From: an uncultured Clostridia bacterium
GTDB taxonomy: Bacteria; Bacillota; Clostridia; Christensenellales; CAMQZB01
DNA length: 64,000 nt
Reading direction: 5' to 3'
NCBI GenBank assembly: GCA_947039455.1
Contig: CAMQZB010000002.1
Coordinates: forward strand, 97,393 to 161,392
Shown here: positions 47,395 to 57,347 of the stretch, one piece after another
Layout: every line of letters begins with the position of its first letter
How positions within the stretch are numbered: position 1 is the first letter of the stretch
Translations under genes and position numbers: made by a program
The notes under the pieces: model-generated
Database searches by the model: none
What the model was told of the DNA's origin: nothing
What the model saw: only the letters and a program-made list of their open reading frames with translations

Positions 47395-48562
47395 ATATAA
47401 ATTTACTGATATTGCAATAAATAGCACTGCAAAAAAGAAGCCTATTGACGAAGATAAATATACGTATTTAGGACTTGAACATTTAGATAGTGAAAATTTG
47501 CAAATAACTCGTTATGGTTCACAAGTCGCACCTATTGGTGAGAAATTGATTATGAAAAAAGGTGATGTGCTTTTTGGCAAACGTAGAGCCTACCAAAAAA
47601 AGGTAGCAATTGCGCCTTTTGACGGTATATTTTCAGCACATGGGATGGTTCTTCGACCTAGAGAGGACGTAGTAGATAAAAACTTTTTTCCGTTTTTCAT
47701 TAGCTCTGACTACTTTTTAGACAAAGCTATTAGTATATCTGTGGGTGGGCTTTCACCTACTATAAATTGGAAAGATTTAAAAGATACAGAATTTAATTTA
47801 CCTGATATGGAAGAACAAAAACGCCTAGCAAAAATTCTTTGGGCCGCTGAAGACTTAAAGCAAAAAACATATAGCGCACTCAAACTTAGCGAAATACACA
47901 AGGATGTTTATATAAAAGATCTTTTGGAAGCAAAGATTTTGTTAGATGAATTGGATTTAAAATCTAAAAATGAAATTTCAAATACATTTTCAATTGCACG
48001 TACTGCAAAGGAATTGCATAATGTTGAGATTTCTGAATATGAAATGATAAAAAATTTGCCACCAGATTGGGATCAAAAAAGATTAGCAAGTTTAATTAGT
48101 ATATCATCTGGGAAAATGATTAAATTTCAAAATTATTCTGAGAAATATAAATTTCCTGTTTATGGAGGCAATGGCGTAATTGGGTATTGGAATAATAGTA
48201 ATGTTAATGCAGGCACTATTGTTATAGGAAGGGTGGGGTCATGTGGTTCTTTACATGTAACCAATGACCAATCATGGGTTACGGATAATGCTTTTATTGT
48301 TGATTATGATAAAGATATTCTAATAAGTGAATTTTTATTACATTGGTTAAAGTTGTTGAAATTAAATGAAAAATCAAATTCATCGGTGCAACCCGTTATA
48401 TCGGGTAAAGACATTTATCCGCTAATTATCAGCATACCTAAAATAAATGTTCAAAATTCAATCGTAAACCATCTTTCAACAATTCAAACAAATTTTGACA
48501 TTTTGAATGAAAGTGTAAGCCGAATAAGTAATTTGCAAAAAAGAATAGTTAAGGAGCTGTAG
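47387..48562 (+). CDS. hsdS: Type I R-M specificity subunit HsdS
   Basis: Two target-recognition halves separated by a conserved helical spacer (LPDMEEQKRLAKILWAAEDL). RBS GAAGGTGG. Overlaps the hsdM2 stop. Confidence 0.85.
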   Translation: MAKYKFTDIAINSTAKKKPIDEDKYTYLGLEHLDSENLQITRYGSQVAPIGEKLIMKKGDVLFGKRRAYQKKVAIAPFDGIFSAHGMVLRPREDVVDKNFFPFFISSDYFLDKAISISVGGLSPTINWKDLKDTEFNLPDMEEQKRLAKILWAAEDLKQKTYSALKLSEIHKDVYIKDLLEAKILLDELDLKSKNEISNTFSIARTAKELHNVEISEYEMIKNLPPDWDQKRLASLISISSGKMIKFQNYSEKYKFPVYGGNGVIGYWNNSNVNAGTIVIGRVGSCGSLHVTNDQSWVTDNAFIVDYDKDILISEFLLHWLKLLKLNEKSNSSVQPVISGKDIYPLIISIPKINVQNSIVNHLSTIQTNFDILNESVSRISNLQKRIVKEL

Positions 48563-48563
48563 G

Positions 48564-51464
48564 ATGTTTAATGAAGATAACACAATAGAACAATTACTAA
48601 TAAAAACAATAAGTGAAAATGGTTTTAAATATATCCCTGCGGATGAATTAAATCGGTCTTATACTGATGTTTTAGTAGATGACATTTTAAAAGCTGCTCT
48701 TATACGCTTAAATCCAGAAATCGCGGAAGAACCAGACAGAGCTGATGAAGTAATTCATCGTTTGCGTTCTGCAATTCTGTGCGCGCAACAGCATAATTTA
48801 GTTTCTAACAATGAAACATTCAAAAAACTATTTTTTGAAAACAATACATATCCTTTTGGCGAAAATAACCGTATGGTATCAATTAACTTTTTTGATTATA
48901 CGGATTTATCTCAAAATGACTATGTTGTCACAAATCAATGGATATTTCCAATGGAAAATGGTGGAAAACGTCTTGATGTAGTGGTTTTAATCAATGGTAT
49001 TCCTCTCGTAATTGGCGAAGCAAAGACTCCAGTTCGCGCAGCAATCACATGGGCCGATGGTGCCAGTGACATAATGGACTATGAGCGTAGTATCCCACAA
49101 ATGTTTGTACCTAATGTATTTTCATTTGCTACAGAGGGCAAGTGCTACAGATATGGCGGTGTAAACACTCCAATAGCATTTTGGGGACCTTGGCACACCC
49201 CTGACACAAAAAGCGAAGGAACGTTAGCTGATGTTGCTCGTAGTGTAGCTTCAATGATTAAACCTGAAATAATACTAGATATGTTACAATTCTTTACTGT
49301 ATTTGCAACAGATAAAAAACATAGAAAAATCAAAATAGTTTGCCGTTATCAACAGTATGAAGGAGCTAATTTGATTATCGACCGTGTAAAAGCGGGTTAT
49401 CCAAAAAAAGGACTATTATGGCATTTTCAAGGAAGCGGTAAATCTTTGCTTATGGTTTTTGCAGCACAAAAACTTAGAATGATTCCTGAACTAAAAAATC
49501 CAACAGTAGTTATCGTTGATGATCGTATTGATTTAGAGACACAAATTACTGCTGATTTCACATCGTCCGACATACCTAATCTATACAGCGCAAACTCAAA
49601 AACTGAATTGATAAATTTTTTCAAGCAAGACACGCGTAAAATAATGATTACTACAATATTCAAATTTGGAGAAGTTGATGGTGTTTTGAATGAGCGCGAT
49701 AACATTATCATAATGGTTGACGAAGCTCATAGAACACAAGAAGGTGATTTAGGCGAAAAAATGAGAATGGCTTTGCCAAATGCATTTCTATTTGGTTTAA
49801 CTGGCACACCGATTAATCGTGCTGACAGAAACACGTTCCACACATTCGGAGCAACAGAAGATAAGACTGGATATATGAGTAGGTATTCTTTCTCTGATTC
49901 TATCAGAGATAAGGCAACTTTACCACTTCACTTTGAAGCAGTTCCTGTGGATTTACATATTAATCAAAACATTGTAAATAATGCTTTTGACGAATTGACT
50001 AAAGATTTAAGTGCAATTGATAAGGCAGAACTAGCGAAGCGTGTGAAAATTGAAGCTATTATGAAAGCTCCAGCTAGGGTTAAAACTGTTTGTGAACATA
50101 TTGCAGAGCATTTTAAAACAAAAATTGATCCAAATGGATTCAAGGCACAAGTTGTTTGTTATGATCGTGAATGTTGCAAGTTGTACAAAAGAGAACTTGA
50201 TCATCACCTAGGTGAAGAGGCTAGTACAATAGTTATGCATACCGGTGGAGATAAAGCTGATCAATATAAGGAATGGAAACGTGACAGAGATGAAGAAGCT
50301 AAAGTGCTAGATCGCTTCCGCGATCCTGCAGACCCACTGAAAATTGTAATTGTTACTTCAAAACTTTTAACTGGATTTGATGCGCCAATACTGCAAACAA
50401 TGTATCTTGACAAACCTATGAAAGACCATACGTTATTACAAGCAATTTGCAGAACTAACCGCTTATATAGTGATGGAAAAACACATGGACTAATTGTTGA
50501 CTATATAGGAATTTTTGATAATGTAGCAAACGCTCTTAGTTTTGATGAAAAATCTGTACAGCAAGTTGTGTCTAATATTAATAATTTGAAAGATGAACTT
50601 CCAAAGTGGATTTCAAAATGTTTAGGCTATTTTAACGGTGTAGATCGTACCGTAGATGGTTTTGAGGGGCTCATGGCCGCTCAAGATTGTTTACCTACGG
50701 CAAAAGAAAAAGATGAATTTGCTTCTGAATTCTCTGTTCTTACAAGAGCTTGGGAAGCGTTATCTCCAGACCCATTTCTGTCTGCCTATAAATATGATTA
50801 CGTATGGCTTAGCAAGGTGTATGAATCCGTAAAACCTATAAGTGGACAAGGCAAACTTATTTGGCTTGCCTTAGGTGCCAAAACTATTGATCTTGTCCAC
50901 CAAAACATTACGGTAGAAGCTGTTAGAGATGACCTTGATGTTCTTATTATGAATGCGGACATTATAGATGAATTTTTGTCTGCTCAAGGTGATACTAAAA
51001 AGAAAACAAAAGAAATTGAAATTAAATTAGTTGCTCGTCTTAATAAACATAGAGGAGACCCTAAATTTCAAAAACTTGGAGAGCGTCTTGAAGAATTGAG
51101 ATTAAGACACGAACAAGGTCTTATTCAAAGTGTAGAATTTCTTAAACAGCTTTTAAAACTTGCTAAAGACACCTTAGATGCTGAAAACGATGTTGATCCT
51201 GAAGAAGATCAAAAGAAAGCAAAAGCCGCTTTAAGCGAACTTTTTGTTAATGTTAGAACTGACAGCACGCCCGTAATAGTTGAACGAGTAGTTGAAGATA
51301 TTGATGAAATTGTAAAAATCGTACGTTTTGACGGCTGGCAAGCAACTGACGCTGGAAGACAGGAAGTTAAAAAAGCTTTAAGAGCAATAATCTATTTAAG
51401 ATATAAAATTAAAGATAACGAATTGTTTGATAGAGCGTATAATTATGTAGAAATGTATTACTAA
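48564..51464 (+). CDS. hsdR: Type I R-M restriction/helicase subunit HsdR
   Basis: HFQGSGKSLLMVF (motif I), IIMVDEAHRTQ (motif II), LTGFDAP and QAICRTNR. Confidence 0.92.
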   Translation: MFNEDNTIEQLLIKTISENGFKYIPADELNRSYTDVLVDDILKAALIRLNPEIAEEPDRADEVIHRLRSAILCAQQHNLVSNNETFKKLFFENNTYPFGENNRMVSINFFDYTDLSQNDYVVTNQWIFPMENGGKRLDVVVLINGIPLVIGEAKTPVRAAITWADGASDIMDYERSIPQMFVPNVFSFATEGKCYRYGGVNTPIAFWGPWHTPDTKSEGTLADVARSVASMIKPEIILDMLQFFTVFATDKKHRKIKIVCRYQQYEGANLIIDRVKAGYPKKGLLWHFQGSGKSLLMVFAAQKLRMIPELKNPTVVIVDDRIDLETQITADFTSSDIPNLYSANSKTELINFFKQDTRKIMITTIFKFGEVDGVLNERDNIIIMVDEAHRTQEGDLGEKMRMALPNAFLFGLTGTPINRADRNTFHTFGATEDKTGYMSRYSFSDSIRDKATLPLHFEAVPVDLHINQNIVNNAFDELTKDLSAIDKAELAKRVKIEAIMKAPARVKTVCEHIAEHFKTKIDPNGFKAQVVCYDRECCKLYKRELDHHLGEEASTIVMHTGGDKADQYKEWKRDRDEEAKVLDRFRDPADPLKIVIVTSKLLTGFDAPILQTMYLDKPMKDHTLLQAICRTNRLYSDGKTHGLIVDYIGIFDNVANALSFDEKSVQQVVSNINNLKDELPKWISKCLGYFNGVDRTVDGFEGLMAAQDCLPTAKEKDEFASEFSVLTRAWEALSPDPFLSAYKYDYVWLSKVYESVKPISGQGKLIWLALGAKTIDLVHQNITVEAVRDDLDVLIMNADIIDEFLSAQGDTKKKTKEIEIKLVARLNKHRGDPKFQKLGERLEELRLRHEQGLIQSVEFLKQLLKLAKDTLDAENDVDPEEDQKKAKAALSELFVNVRTDSTPVIVERVVEDIDEIVKIVRFDGWQATDAGRQEVKKALRAIIYLRYKIKDNELFDRAYNYVEMYY

Positions 51465-51480
51465 AAATGGAGGATAAATC

Positions 51481-52248
51481 ATGTTAATAAATTTATTAGG
51501 AAGTAAAGTTGCTCATTCAACATTGGGAGAAGGTGAAATTTCTGTCCAAGAAGATTCTCAAATTTTCGTGAAATTTAGTTCAAAATCAATGAGATTTCAA
51601 TATCCATTGGGTTTCGAACAGTTTATTAAATTAAGTGATAAAAAACTGCAGAAGAGTATGGATTTAGAGATTGAAAAATTCAAAGTATCAAAAGCTGAAG
51701 AGCAAGAGCGTGAAAGACTTCGATTGTTGGAAATTGAAAGAATAAAAGTAATGGAAAAAGAAAAAAAAGATGCTGAAGAAAAGCCTACTACAAAAAAACC
51801 GAAAGTGCCGAAAGACCGTGGTGAACCTATTGATCTTAGTACATTAATCATAGGGAATACATATTCAAATAGCGAAGTAGCAAATTTGTTCTCTTGCGCT
51901 AATATTGGTGGCCTAAGAAAATCAAATAGTGCAAATGCTTTGGTCACTATATCAAATTATACTAAATCTCTTTATGCAGATAAGTGGCACGATAACGTCC
52001 TTCATTACACTGGTTCGGGCCAGATAGGTGATCAAGAATTAAATCGAAAACAAAACAAAACTCTAAATCAATCTAGATCAAATGGTGTTGATATTCACTT
52101 ATTTGAAGTTTTTAAAAAAGGTAATTATGTTTACAATGGTATATTCGAATTATGCGGTGAACCATATCAAGAGAAGCAAGAAGATGATAATGGCAAACTA
52201 CGTAATGTGTGGATGTTTCCATTGAAATTGAAAAAAGACAATATTTAA
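51481..52248 (+). CDS. Protein with a C-terminal SRA/YDG-like or ScoMcrA-SBD-like (PUA-fold) DNA-modification reader domain and no nuclease domain
   Basis: GGLRKS...ALVTISN......LHYTGSGQIGDQELNRKQNKTLNQS...VDIHLFEV...NYVYNGIFEL follows the YTG.G...Q.....N.aL...pi.lF.....Y.Y.G pattern. It starts 16 nt after the hsdR stop. Confidence 0.4.
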   Translation: MLINLLGSKVAHSTLGEGEISVQEDSQIFVKFSSKSMRFQYPLGFEQFIKLSDKKLQKSMDLEIEKFKVSKAEEQERERLRLLEIERIKVMEKEKKDAEEKPTTKKPKVPKDRGEPIDLSTLIIGNTYSNSEVANLFSCANIGGLRKSNSANALVTISNYTKSLYADKWHDNVLHYTGSGQIGDQELNRKQNKTLNQSRSNGVDIHLFEVFKKGNYVYNGIFELCGEPYQEKQEDDNGKLRNVWMFPLKLKKDNI

Positions 52249-52427
52249 ATTTGTTGTATCATAACTACTGAATTATTAACCTAATATTCTTCCAAATCGA
52301 CCATTACATTAAACCGCACGTGATATATTGAAGAAATGTTAGCTATTTTTACTTACAACTATTATATAGCTTGACAAATAATATAATCTGTTGTAGTATA
52401 TTACATATAAGTTAGGAGGATATAATT

Positions 52428-52880
52428 GTGAAATATAAAACAGATCGAGTAAGAAGTAAAATATTGTATTGCATATACAAATTGTTCAATGATATGAATG
52501 TAACAAATAACAGGTCTACAAATACTAATTTTGAAGGCGAACAAGCGTCGTATATTTGGGGAAATGGCTTTAATATGATGCAAAAGGAATTGGCTAACTC
52601 ATATAATCAAAAATATTATACTGGAAATAGTTTTTCTGAAGTAACTGATGTTGCTGAAAAGTATTTATCATTATTATCATTGGAAGATGAAGAGATTTTG
52701 CGTTTATCATACGGCATAGATGATGGTAAAATACTAACAAGAACAGAGTTGTCATTGTATTCCGGATTAACTCTAGCAATTTATGAAAAAAAATTAAAAT
52801 CTGCAATGAAGAATTTTTCTTTTTTTGCTAGAGACATTACACAAGAGGAAAAAAAACTATTAGAATTATTAACAGACTAA
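52428..52880 (+). CDS. Small protein with a sigma-70 region-4-like HTH
   Basis: GTG start after AGGAGGA. EDEEILRLSYGIDDGKILTRTELSLYSGLTLAIYEKKLKSAMKNF. Confidence 0.35.
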   Translation: MKYKTDRVRSKILYCIYKLFNDMNVTNNRSTNTNFEGEQASYIWGNGFNMMQKELANSYNQKYYTGNSFSEVTDVAEKYLSLLSLEDEEILRLSYGIDDGKILTRTELSLYSGLTLAIYEKKLKSAMKNFSFFARDITQEEKKLLELLTD

Positions 52881-52888
52881 TTAATATT

Positions 52889-52926
52889 AAAAGCTCTATA
52901 CATTTCAGATTGTATAGAGCTTTTCT
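52889..52926 (+). terminator. Rho-independent terminator
   Basis: AAAAGCTCTATAC-N10-GTATAGAGCTTTT, with perfect 13-bp arms. Confidence 0.75.
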
Positions 52927-53049
52927 AATATTGAGTTAAATTATAGTCATACATAGTATCTGTTGAATTAATTTCTAATTAATGATATAATATTCATATT
53001 GAACATTTCTTGAATAAAAAGTTATTTACAATAAAAAGGGGTTAAAATT

Positions 53050-55050
53050 ATGAAATCAATGAAAATGGCATTAGTAAATGCGTCAAAATCAATTGTAGAG
53101 TTTGAAAATGGAATATACATTTGTCCAAATACTAAAGAATATTCCTTTGCCTATAATAGGATATTTGATTATTTGGCAGGATATGCTAAAAAACAAGTGC
53201 GTTATATGGGTAAGATCGTTGCAAGAGCTACTATTGAAAAACGAAATGGAGAATTATATTTTTCGTATAAAGATGTAAGTGGAGATGCAGGTGAAAACAT
53301 TGATGAGAAATTATTAGAGACGTATAAAAATGCGCAGAAGATTGGTGTGTACGACAGAGATTCTGATTTAGAGAAATATGGATGTCAGGTTTTCTTACTT
53401 AAAGATGTAGAATGTGTAAACATTGATTATGTTCATAGGACTGTAAGTTGGAGTAAATTTTATATTGAACTAAAATCTAAAAATGAATTTGATTATGAAT
53501 ATGCTGTTGAGAAAGTCAAAAATCAAGCGTTGGATTTGGCAACTAGTAAAGTAGTTGATTTAGATAAATTAATAACACTGAATGTGCCAGAACAATTTTT
53601 AATACGTAGTGACATAGCTGCGGCGACTGAAACTTCTAGAAAACTGCTTTTCTGTAATATAGCATGGATGGATAAGTATGAAGGGGTTGAAGATAAAAAA
53701 ATGAAGTCGGGTGGTTCATATGTTCGTGAACATGGTTATGGTGGCGAAATGTATAACTTTAAGCCTGTAAACGATCGATGCTATGGTTATGTTAGGTCAG
53801 TAAGTTCTAATGAAAAAGAAGACGAAGAAAGCACTATCAATATCAGTCGAATCAGTGGTGTAACTGAAACTAACTACGTTGACAATATTGATGTGGTATG
53901 GTTAGGCAATAATCCTGAAGATGGTCTAGGCACACGTATAGTTGGCTATTATAAAAACGCCAAAGTCTATGCTAATTTGCAAGAACGCCCTACAGAAAGT
54001 GCGAGCGATTTTAAATATATAATTGATGCCGACAAAAATGATTGTTTTTGTATACCTGCGGAATATAGAAAATTTGAAATCCCGAGAAAGACGAAAGGGT
54101 TTTTAGGACAAAGTAATGTCTGGTACGCAGACTCAGAGAATGAAGATGTAATTATGTTTAAAAACGCCGTCTATGAGTACATAAGTGGAATAGCTGCAAT
54201 TGAATCTTATGAAAAATCAAATTGGGTTATTCCATGCGATATAAATAAATATGATGTGCACAGGGCATTTAGTGAAAATAAAATATTAGAATGGACTCAA
54301 AGTCCACAACTTAATAATATGAAAGTCGGCGATACTGTTTATATTTACGTTGGTAAGCCATTTGGTAGAATAATGTATCAATGCCAAGTATTAAATGTAA
54401 ATATTGCTGCAAGTTCAATAGATGATGCAAAGTATGTCAAAGATGATTCGTTTTTTGAAAAAGATAGAAGATTGTTTAAAATTAAACTAATTAAAAAATT
54501 AGGAGATATGCGTTTGTCTCTAGTGAATTTGAACGAAAAAGGATTGTCTGGCAATATACAAGGACCAAGAAAATTGAAAGATGCAATAAAGGACTTTGTT
54601 AATGATGTTTGTGAGCAAGATAAAGGCCAAACTATAGAGGATAATGATATTCAACATGAGATAAGTGGTACTTCAGAAGAATTAGTTGAGTTGGCGCTTA
54701 ATTCAAGAGATGAGTTAGCTGGTTATAAATACTTAGAGACTGTAAGTAAATATCGCGTAATTAATCAAAAATTGATTAGAGAATTAAAAGATATATATAA
54801 AGGTCAATGTCAAATGTGTGGAAACAAAATTGGAGATGAGTATGGTGAAGAAATTGCAGAAGCTCATCATATAGAATATTTTTCTTTATCCCAAAATAAC
54901 GATCAATCAAATATCCTTATCGTATGTCCAAATTGTCATTCTATAATTCATAGGTGCAACCCAATATTTGACAGAACAACAAGTTGTTACGAATTTGCTA
55001 ATGGAATTAAAAAGAAATTGCTAAATCCAGGACATTTAATTGTAAATTAA
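53050..55050 (+). CDS. Putative type IV (modification-dependent) restriction enzyme: N-terminal domains, a PUA-like (EVE/ASCH-type) domain and a C-terminal HNH nuclease
   Basis: HNH: CQMCGNK...AEAHHIEYF...NILIVCPNCHSIIH. PUA-like: NWVIPCDINKYDV..AF....LEWTQ....NMKVGDTVYIYVGKPFGRIMYQCQV. Confidence 0.6.
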   Translation: MKSMKMALVNASKSIVEFENGIYICPNTKEYSFAYNRIFDYLAGYAKKQVRYMGKIVARATIEKRNGELYFSYKDVSGDAGENIDEKLLETYKNAQKIGVYDRDSDLEKYGCQVFLLKDVECVNIDYVHRTVSWSKFYIELKSKNEFDYEYAVEKVKNQALDLATSKVVDLDKLITLNVPEQFLIRSDIAAATETSRKLLFCNIAWMDKYEGVEDKKMKSGGSYVREHGYGGEMYNFKPVNDRCYGYVRSVSSNEKEDEESTINISRISGVTETNYVDNIDVVWLGNNPEDGLGTRIVGYYKNAKVYANLQERPTESASDFKYIIDADKNDCFCIPAEYRKFEIPRKTKGFLGQSNVWYADSENEDVIMFKNAVYEYISGIAAIESYEKSNWVIPCDINKYDVHRAFSENKILEWTQSPQLNNMKVGDTVYIYVGKPFGRIMYQCQVLNVNIAASSIDDAKYVKDDSFFEKDRRLFKIKLIKKLGDMRLSLVNLNEKGLSGNIQGPRKLKDAIKDFVNDVCEQDKGQTIEDNDIQHEISGTSEELVELALNSRDELAGYKYLETVSKYRVINQKLIRELKDIYKGQCQMCGNKIGDEYGEEIAEAHHIEYFSLSQNNDQSNILIVCPNCHSIIHRCNPIFDRTTSCYEFANGIKKKLLNPGHLIVN

Positions 55051-55133
55051 TATCATTTTAATTAATGTTCTATTATTGAAATAATAAATTACAAAGCAAC
55101 CAACGATTTGTTGGTTTAATGGAGGTAAATGAC

Positions 55134-56357
55134 ATGAATAATCGAGAAATGGTATTTTATTTTGATGAATCATTTCATGATAGAAAATTAACATTTAAGA
55201 ATCATACCTTTAACGCATTTTTGGATACATCTTCTGATCTCTACACGTTTGCGTCTATTGGGACATATACAGACATGAATGATGATTTAATAAGTAAATA
55301 TAGCGCTATAGAGGCAAAAATTAAAGAAAATCTCAATATGTTGGAAGATAAAGAATTAAAAGCGACTACATTTAAAAAGAAAAATTTCACATATGGTATA
55401 GCCTCATTTAATCCACATTGTTTAGATTTGTATTTAAATTTATTTAAACTTTTAAATGAAAGTAATATCCTGTTTCAAATTGGAATGATAAGCAAAACTG
55501 AATTAATTGTTACTAGACTTTTTAAAATGATTTCTGTTCCACTTTTCGTTAATGCAGAAATATTAATTTATACAATTACTAAATTTTTAGTTTTACATAA
55601 GCATATGGATACTTTCGCAGCATTTTTTCTAAATGAAAAATCTGCAAATATGGTAATAAAGCATTTGAAAGAACTTGTATCTACTTCAATACGTGTAAAG
55701 AAAGATCATAAGAGAACCGTAGATGAAGTAGATAGGCTAAATGAATTACTAGAAACTCTTGATCGTATAACAATAAAAAATGGCAAAATTAATAAAGACT
55801 GGAATTACAATATTCAATTTGAAGCATTAATTCTTTATACTAATGAATTTACAAAACTAAATAAAATCAATCTAATTATCGACAGAGAACAAAGTTCTTA
55901 TGATTCAGCAAATAAGTACAAATTTTTAAGTATAAATCAAGCTGATTCTTTCATAGATATCGGTATTAGAATTGTCGATATGTTCGTGACTTTTTTTGGA
56001 CGTTTAGCAAAGAGTACGCAAATTGCTTTTGAAGAACAAGTTATTCATACGTTAGATGATTTAAATAACATTGATTATTCAGAGAAAAGATATTTTAGTG
56101 CGAAATGGTTTGATTTAAATGCAAATCAATTTGAGTGCTATAAACTTTTAGGATCATTAATTAGCCGCCAATATAAAAGCTATTGGGCTTTTTTTTCACT
56201 AAACTATAGAGATCACATGATTGTTATACAATGTTTGATAAATTACATCGCAATGTATGATACTTTAGAATGTTTTAATAAAGATTACAAATACCATACC
56301 GAACGGATGAATTCATTAATGTGTATTGAAATGAATAAGTTTTTTAAATCATTATAA
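55134..56357 (+). CDS. Hypothetical protein, possibly DUF3800-like; start uncertain
   Basis: The N-terminal MVFYFDESFHD resembles the DUF3800 start (y.DESG). Otherwise unassigned. Confidence 0.35.
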   Translation: MNNREMVFYFDESFHDRKLTFKNHTFNAFLDTSSDLYTFASIGTYTDMNDDLISKYSAIEAKIKENLNMLEDKELKATTFKKKNFTYGIASFNPHCLDLYLNLFKLLNESNILFQIGMISKTELIVTRLFKMISVPLFVNAEILIYTITKFLVLHKHMDTFAAFFLNEKSANMVIKHLKELVSTSIRVKKDHKRTVDEVDRLNELLETLDRITIKNGKINKDWNYNIQFEALILYTNEFTKLNKINLIIDREQSSYDSANKYKFLSINQADSFIDIGIRIVDMFVTFFGRLAKSTQIAFEEQVIHTLDDLNNIDYSEKRYFSAKWFDLNANQFECYKLLGSLISRQYKSYWAFFSLNYRDHMIVIQCLINYIAMYDTLECFNKDYKYHTERMNSLMCIEMNKFFKSL

Positions 56358-57347
56358 ATTATATACGATATTGTTGAAAATTTAATAAATTAAAATACGA
56401 CAAGATGACTTAATTTTCTCTTGCCGTATTTTTTTATTCACTATAATATTAATTTCACACATTTACCCGTAATTAAACACCAAATTTAGAGGGGGTGGGT
56501 GCAAAGGTGGATGCAAATCCGTAATTTTACCGAACGTTTACTAATTTTTAGTAATGCGGACCATATTTTTACCGCATATTGCTGTAAATTAACGATAAAT
56601 AACGTAAAACAACTGCTAATAAGCGTAAAAAAAGAACTAACAACAAACGCATTTGTTGTTAGTTCTTTATGGCGGAGAAAGAGAGATACTAATTCTTACC
56701 CAAAAACCCCGATACCATCGCACTTTCCCCCATGGTGGGTGCAAAAGTTATTTAAACTTTTTATTCATATTATTTCTGATAATATTATAGTTTATTCTAA
56801 CTGAACAAATTCGATTTAATTGATTTTCGGAATAGTATAACAAACGTTATTCATTAGTATATGATCGAATTTTTACAGCATTTAAAGATGATGTTCAAGT
56901 TGTCAAAGCTATAGTTATCAATGTGCAGATAATTGCAAAATGGAAGATATGTATTTAGCTAAAGAACATATTGAAGACCTGCTTAATATATATGGTCAAT
57001 GTTATAATTAGTTATAAAAACAACATAGAATAAATTTGCGAAATACAGAATGCTACATTTGGAAAGGTATAATTACATTCGAAAAAATTTCGAAGAATAA
57101 TTTGCACCAGTTCAGAACAATCTATTACAGCAATTAAATACGTATTCCCTAAGTTTTTTATTGCTAGTGAGAATCTAAATCCTAAAATGTTGAGTATATC
57201 GGCGCATTTCCTACGAATACTGAATATTACCATATACACTTTACATTTTACGAAAAGCAACCAAAGTTAGCAAATGCAAAGGTGAAACTAGTAATTCAAT
57301 ATAAGAATCATTTTTGATGAGATTGTGTAGAGTTGCTTGCGATTATT

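Noticed and set aside
56499-56804. Track ORF of 101 aa in the 56.4-56.8 kb gap
   Set aside because: It has no RBS and its composition is odd. It spans a strong terminator hairpin and the tRNA-like fragment, so it is more likely non-coding.
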